DNA of 64,000 nt, taken from assembly GCA_965235115.1 (NCBI GenBank), contig OZ249451.1, positions 5,890,001 to 5,954,000 of the forward strand, read 5' to 3'. The position numbers and the translations under genes are program-made. This document shows positions 58,005 to 64,000 of the stretch, piece after piece. The stretch is from Laetmonice hystrix (lineage: Eukaryota). The notes below the pieces were generated by a model. It saw only the letters and a program-made list of their open reading frames with translations. It had not been told where the DNA came from and did no database searches. The first letter of the stretch is position 1. Each line of letters starts with the position of its first letter.

Positions 58005-58068
58005 TTGTATGCGATATAACTAATATTTAAGCCAGTTGTTGGCTAAACCCAAGGAGGTCCTGAGCGAA

Positions 58069-61000
58069 ATGGCCACTCGATCAAAGATAAAACCAAAGGA
58101 CAATGATATTATTCGAGATTTGGCTCTATTACTGCGACAAAATGGTAAGCATATAAAATTATTATGGAACTAGAAACTGTTCTTAAAAGAAAGGATTGGT
58201 CTAGAAAAATAATAATATTATTAGTTGAAATTTAGTAAAATCCTTTCTGACATTCCCAGGCATTCTATGAAGTTGTTTTAAAGAGTATTGGGTGGAAATG
58301 ATTCAATTTTAAATCTTGAAATTCTTCATAATATGTTATCTAACCATTAGCCCCTAACCGTCAGTCATATAACTTACTTTAATGGTGTTGAGGAAAAGAA
58401 AGTTTTAGAGCAAGAGGGGAAAAAATGAAAATCTTATAAATTATTTGTTTCAGGAGAGAGAATTCTGAGTGGGCAGAGCAAGCTATCTTTGACGACACAG
58501 TGTCTCTGCATCCTCAACAATGGGTTTGCTCTGCTTCCGGGAGAAGATGAGTTCCAAACTTCCTTTGATGTCCTACCTCCAAATAGTCCCAAGCTACCAT
58601 TTGCTCAGGATATCCAGTTCCTCTATGACTTCGTTCAGAAAACTGTAGCACTTAAGGTAACTATATGAAGAAACGGACTAAGTCAGTCAGATCAGCTGTG
58701 TCCACAAGAAGGAATTCGCAAAGTCAGTGATTTTGAAAATCAGTGTCTAACACAAAATTGTGCTTTTTGAGCTCTATTTTCTCGATAATGTGTTCTGATG
58801 ATGGCAAATACCTGTTAATTGCATCAATCTCCCGCAGGTGATGCATTCAATGAGCACACTCCAGGGCCGCATTAACTTGGGTCCGTTCAGGGCTCTGAGG
58901 ACCCTTGAAATTAAGAAAACCCCACTACACCTCCTGGAGGGTATCGGACGAATGAGGGTACGGCTCCAGACCATCGTCTGCTGCAGGTGTCTATTAAACC
59001 TACAGGTATGTCACAACAGGTAACTAATGATTATGTTTCAGTTAAAAAAGATCACTGGAATGGTTTTGATTATAAAAGATATTTCCTTTGTCTGTAGGAG
59101 TTGTTTGAGGCCAGTGGAGGTGACTTGACCATACCCATGACATGGCCAGAACTGCGCATCGCCTGTCTCAGTTTTAACATGATTGAATGTCTGGACTCCT
59201 CTCTGGTATGTGCTGAGACAACCAATTAGCATTTATCTTGTCAAGAACATCTGTACCTAATAATGAGAATGGCAATCAGTAAAGTTTAAAATTTCAATTT
59301 TCTTCTCAAAAGTTGTCTACATTAAAATTATATTTAACTTGATAAAATGATTTAATGCATTTGGCAGTTCCTATACCTTCAGAACACACCTCGTCCTGTG
59401 TACTGAATTAATTTTGTATTCACTTTCTAAGACCTTTTACTTTCAGTAGTTTTGAAGCATGTTTGCTAAACTTTTTGAACTGCTGATTAATCCCAGAAAC
59501 AAAGTAACATCTGTTTGTATTTCTTTCAGAGACTTTTGCCAGTGTTGGATGTGTTGGATTTGAGTCACAACCTTATTTCTGAGACTGATAACTGTCTTGA
59601 GGTAGGCAACTATTAATAATGCAATGCATCCTGGGAAAATTAATACAATATGAAAAGTCCTTTTTATTCTAAATTTATATTACTTTATAATTATTCTAAT
59701 TATGCTTACTTTATTTTGGAAAAAACGTTTTTAGATATCAGTTTGCTATGAACAAGTACCGTAGTGTAAAATTCTTAGTTAAAACCTGTGTGGATTTAGA
59801 TCATGCAAATGGAAATCATGTGCTTGTCTTGATTTGTTTACAGTACCTGGAAGAGCTAAGTTTGATTAACCTTGGGTACAACAAGCTTCGTGAAGTCCCG
59901 TCATTCTCAATCAGTGCGCGAGTTAAACTCACCACTATCATTCTGAGGAACAACAACCTAGACAGTCTCCAAGGTTGGTGATTAGATCAATTTCATTAAA
60001 GAAGAAAGAACACTCAAGTAGAACATGTAGAACTGTAGAAAATAAATAAAAAATTTGCCAGAGATCTTTGTTATGCTCTTCAGACAAAGTTTGATGTTTT
60101 GTTTACAGGAATTGAAGAGCTTGTGGGTCTGCGTGAGTTGGATGTATGCGATAATTGCATGTCTGATCATCAGGTGGCGCTGCATCCCCTTAAGGCCCTT
60201 CATCGTCTTTCTGTGGTAAGTACATACAAAATTACAATATTGTAAATGTAATTACAATAAAATTCATAAAAATAAATAAAATAAAAGAACTGGACCTCAG
60301 TAACATCACTTGTATGTTTAATTTTGCAGTGTAAATACAGGTAGAAGTTGAAATAAGAACTATTTTGTTTTTTTGATTCAGCTTATATTGGAGGGAAACC
60401 CACTCTACTTCCACAGTGACCATCGTTTGCTGACTATTGGCCAACTCAATGCCACAGCTGCACCACGGGTATGCAGATGTTGACCACTATCTTGTGTCTT
60501 ATACTAGATATCTGAAATATGTATCAAATGTAAATCGTATTGTGTTGTAATGAATATTTTGTCTTGTATAGATGAAAAGTGTAAACTTTAAATTGACCGT
60601 TAAATTCCTGAATATCCACAGGTGACGTTAAATGGCAGCGCCGTTTCCCAGTCAGAGCTACAGGTCAGTTGTACTCTAGGTCAATTTCTGCCAGGCCAGC
60701 TGTAAAGCTTTCAACTGTTCTCGTTTTCATTATTTTGTATGAGAATTAACATTGTGTTATTGTTATCCTGATACTTGGTTTACAGAGGACTTTCTACAAA
60801 TAATAGTAAATTTAGAAAAACTGGGATTTGAGGCTTTCAGAATGATATGCAGTTTCAGGGAGCGATTAATCACCATTTTCTTTGGTTGCAGGGGGCGCAG
60901 AGACTCGTTGACCTTTTACCTAAAGTCACTTCTATTCCAACTCAAAAGTTACGCCCTGACTCACCAGGTGTCGCTAGTGAGAGTGACCTCAATACAAGTC

Positions 61001-64000
61001 AGGAGTCAAGGACGCTGACTGACAATGAAGTGTCAGTCAAGTCTAACATCAAGTACAAAAAGTCCAAGAAAGGTGGCAAGACCTCGAAGAAAGTCCGCCG
61101 TGTGTTGATCTCTGACCTCGAGTCAGGTGGAGAACCCGAGCCTGAACTCGAGAAACAGTCGCCTCAAAAATCTAAAGGTCAGTATGTTTCCCATCAGAAA
61201 CATGATAACTCCATGATCATAATTCATTTAGGTAAGATGTATTCACGACATTATGATTAGTGCAGCTAAGTCGCTCAATTTTGGTAATTTTTATGAAAAT
61301 GCGTTTTTCTTTTTCTTGGGTAGATTCTAGCCCACAAACGTCAGAGCATCTGGATGTGAAAAAACACATGGAAATTATGCGCAACCAGCTTGGACCTGAT
61401 TGGCTGCAAACTCTGGTTCATAATAAAGTTTCAACCAATGAAGCAACCCAAAGGCCATCTCCAAATACTGTGACAGTAAAAACTTCACCAGAGAGTAAAC
61501 CCGCACGTAGGACAGAAAAACAAATACCGCTTGTACAATCCGAAGAAGAACCTCTTTCTGAAAGTAGACTCGCACATTTTGAAATAGGCAGTGTTGATAG
61601 CGGGAGAGGATTTTTGCCTGTGCCAAGTGAAGATCTACATGACTTTGAGAAACTTACTCGGCTATCACCACAAGCTCTGACAGCGGATGTGACAAGGAAG
61701 ACTTCGCTGCAGCCAAGGGAATGTGAACTTGACCAAACTGACCGCCTCTCTGACCACCTTGAGATGGACAAAGATGAAAGACGAACCCATCATGATGAGG
61801 CAGACTTTGCTCCGCTGTATCGGTCACAATCCTCTGAGATTGAAACGATATATGACAAGAAAAACGACAGTGAACGAGAGGAGGTTGATTTTGGTAAGGT
61901 AGCCATTAGAATGAGAATCAAACTGAACTGAAATACGCCATGATCAAAAATTAGATCAGTTTCAAAAATGTCTATTTTTGAGTGATAAATATCATGTCGC
62001 ATTATCTATTCTATAACTCGGCAAAATGTTAATCCTCGTTTCACTAATTATCAGAAGTATATTTCTTACTGAATCTTCATTGTTTTCATTCGATTTGTTT
62101 TTTGTAAAGGTGCTGAAAGTGACCTGTTCATCGTCAGCCTGCTCAACAGTGACGTAGAAAAGTTAATCACGGTGACGCAGCGCTACCTGCTGGAGAAGGA
62201 CATAAACGGTGATCTGCTGGATGCCCTCGATCTCCAGTGCTTGTTAAGTGTTGAAGTGGGAACCATGGCAACGCAGGCCAGCGAAATGATCGTCTCGGAC
62301 GGAAACGGAAACTACCAAACTCTTTCAGTGTAAGCTCATATTTTTACTGCAGGATTGTACCTCAAAATGTGCTGCACTGTGATGTAAAATATGAATTTAG
62401 AAGTTCATTAAATACAGATGATTGAGAAGTATTTAAAGTCGTGAATGAATTTTTCATATAAAAAAGAATGTTCTGAAGTATAAAAGACATTTCAGTGTAA
62501 TATTACTAATATCCCATTACTACCTGACAGTATGAAGCATGAGACAACTGCTGATGAAGGTTTGGGTCCCGTGGTGAAGTTACTTTTTGATTACGTCAAA
62601 CGTGACCGCAGGGAACGACATTACATCATGGAAGACGATAACTGTGCCAAGGCAAGTCTCAAACTTTGTTCTCGTGAAAAATCATTTATAATATTTGAAA
62701 TATAAGGTATCTTCTGTTTCTCCATGCCCCCTATATAGTGAATGTCATTATGATGTATTTTGTTTCAGATGTTGTATGACCTCCTTCAGCCGGCCGTCGA
62801 GCACAACAAGGCTCAAGCAGTCGCTCGTGACCAGATGCATGTAAAATATCCCTTTTGGCCATTTTTTTTCTTCTAAAAGGTGTACATGTAAGGGAAATAG
62901 GGTGGAAAGCATCCCTTTTTACAAGCTGACACTAGCAATTAAGATGAGTCTTCGTAAATGTTCAATCAGTAAAATTCTGTGAAATTGCAGATAATGATGC
63001 TCAGGGTTAAGTTGACGTCCTTTAACCCACTAAAGTGTAACCGAAAGCCTGGTTTGTTTGTAGTGTGTCAAGTGTGGGAAGGATTTCTCCAGACAGCAAG
63101 CTCGGCTCCGGGTGCGGTCCAAGGGGATGGTCAGCAGTATGTTGAATGATGTCTACTCCTCCAGTGCAGAGAAAGGTACGAAACAAATGTTCATACATTC
63201 AAACCTGGGATGATGTCATATAAATTTATGATGTGCTAAAATTAGATTAAGATGATATGAATGAAGATGTTTTGGGAATTTTCTTTCTTTGTTTTTTTTT
63301 ATATGTGGTACCTAAACTTGAACCGAAATAACCCAAAATCGTGGCGTAAAGGGAATATTCAGGCTCTGCAAAAAACATGGCAGGAGATTGAGGAGGGCCT
63401 TTTGCATGATACATTTGCTGTCATTGCAGTCGAAACCAAAACCATTTTTTTATACTTTGTATGTTTTGAAGGGAGATTAATAATTATTATAATTTGTGGT
63501 ATGATGGTGATGAGAACGTATTCCAATCTCGGAATGTAGATTGATTTTAATCTGAGGTGTGTTCACTTGTCAATCCTTATTTAGGTGACCTTGAAGAAGT
63601 GATGCTCTGCCCTCACTGCTGCAGTGATATGGTATTAGAGGTCAATGTAGGTCATAGGTCAAAGGGCAGCACAGTCAATACTCCTATTGGCTCCTTTAAG
63701 GAGCCAATGGCTACATCATCGGCAAATCCGTCACCATGGAAACGAACTGAATCACCCAGGTAGTGAATTATATCCAAGTGTACATGTACTTTTGAATTAG
63801 ATTTCATGCAAGTTTTTTCATGCAAGTTGATATTGAAGTTTAACATCGAGGGAGGTCATAAGGGAAGAGATTCTGTTATTGGGAAGCCCACTCTACAACA
63901 TGGGTATGCAAGGGAAATTTTAATTGTGATCTGGTTTGCAGACTTCAGGAAGACAACCAGAGCCTGTTGTCATCTTCATTCAAGTCAGCCTTCGAAGCAT
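58069..64000 (+). CDS. STK11IP: Serine/threonine kinase 11-interacting protein (LKB1IP; LRR protein), 3' part outside the window
   Basis: Phase-consistent exons: 58069-58144, 58454-58656, 58838-59005, 59098-59205, 59530-59601, 59844-59973, 60109-60215, 60382-60468, 60622-60663, 60892-61177, 61324-61893, 62110-62329, 62531-62651 (GC donor), 62769-62840, 63064-63175, 63585-63759, 63942->64000. Motifs LALLLRQNG, IQFLYDFVQKT, GGDL..W, LDLSHN, LEGNPLYFH and a CxxC...CxxC pair match STK11IP as recalled. Confidence 0.94.

Noticed and set aside
674-64000. Most 60-130 aa ORFs in the supplied track
   Set aside because: They are antisense or off-frame shadows of real exons, exon read-through into introns, or repeat-derived frames, often starting at non-ATG codons.

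Overview
This is an intron-rich eukaryotic locus from an AT-rich invertebrate genome. Frequent poly-G/C tracts, TAGGCCTA palindromes and the gene set suggest a deuterostome such as an echinoderm, but that is inference. All exon calls were made by hand from GT/AG boundaries and reading-phase checks; family assignments come from remembered motifs, not database searches. Left to right: (1) CDK5RAP3/C53 on +, 5' end outside the window; (2) an LSF/TFCP2-family transcription factor on +, 18 exons plus one candidate cassette exon; (3) a three-exon SAM-like gene on + interrupted by one in-frame TAG and carrying a young Tc1/mariner derivative in intron 2; (4) converging on it, a single-ORF 601-aa cGAS-like receptor (cGLR, Mab-21 nucleotidyltransferase) on - with an intact catalytic triad and a long unexplained C-terminal extension; (5) about 14 kb of repeat remnants with a 145-N gap; (6) a divergent class IV sirtuin on - (neither canonical SIRT6 nor SIRT7) with a putative N-terminal PARP-type-like zinc finger; (7) HIGD1 on -, head-to-head with (8) STK11IP on +, which runs off the right edge. 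The strongest leads are the cGLR and its SAM-like neighbour, the zinc-finger sirtuin, and a 50-bp minisatellite that copies a TFCP2 splice acceptor 11 times. No CRISPR array, rRNA or tRNA was recognised.
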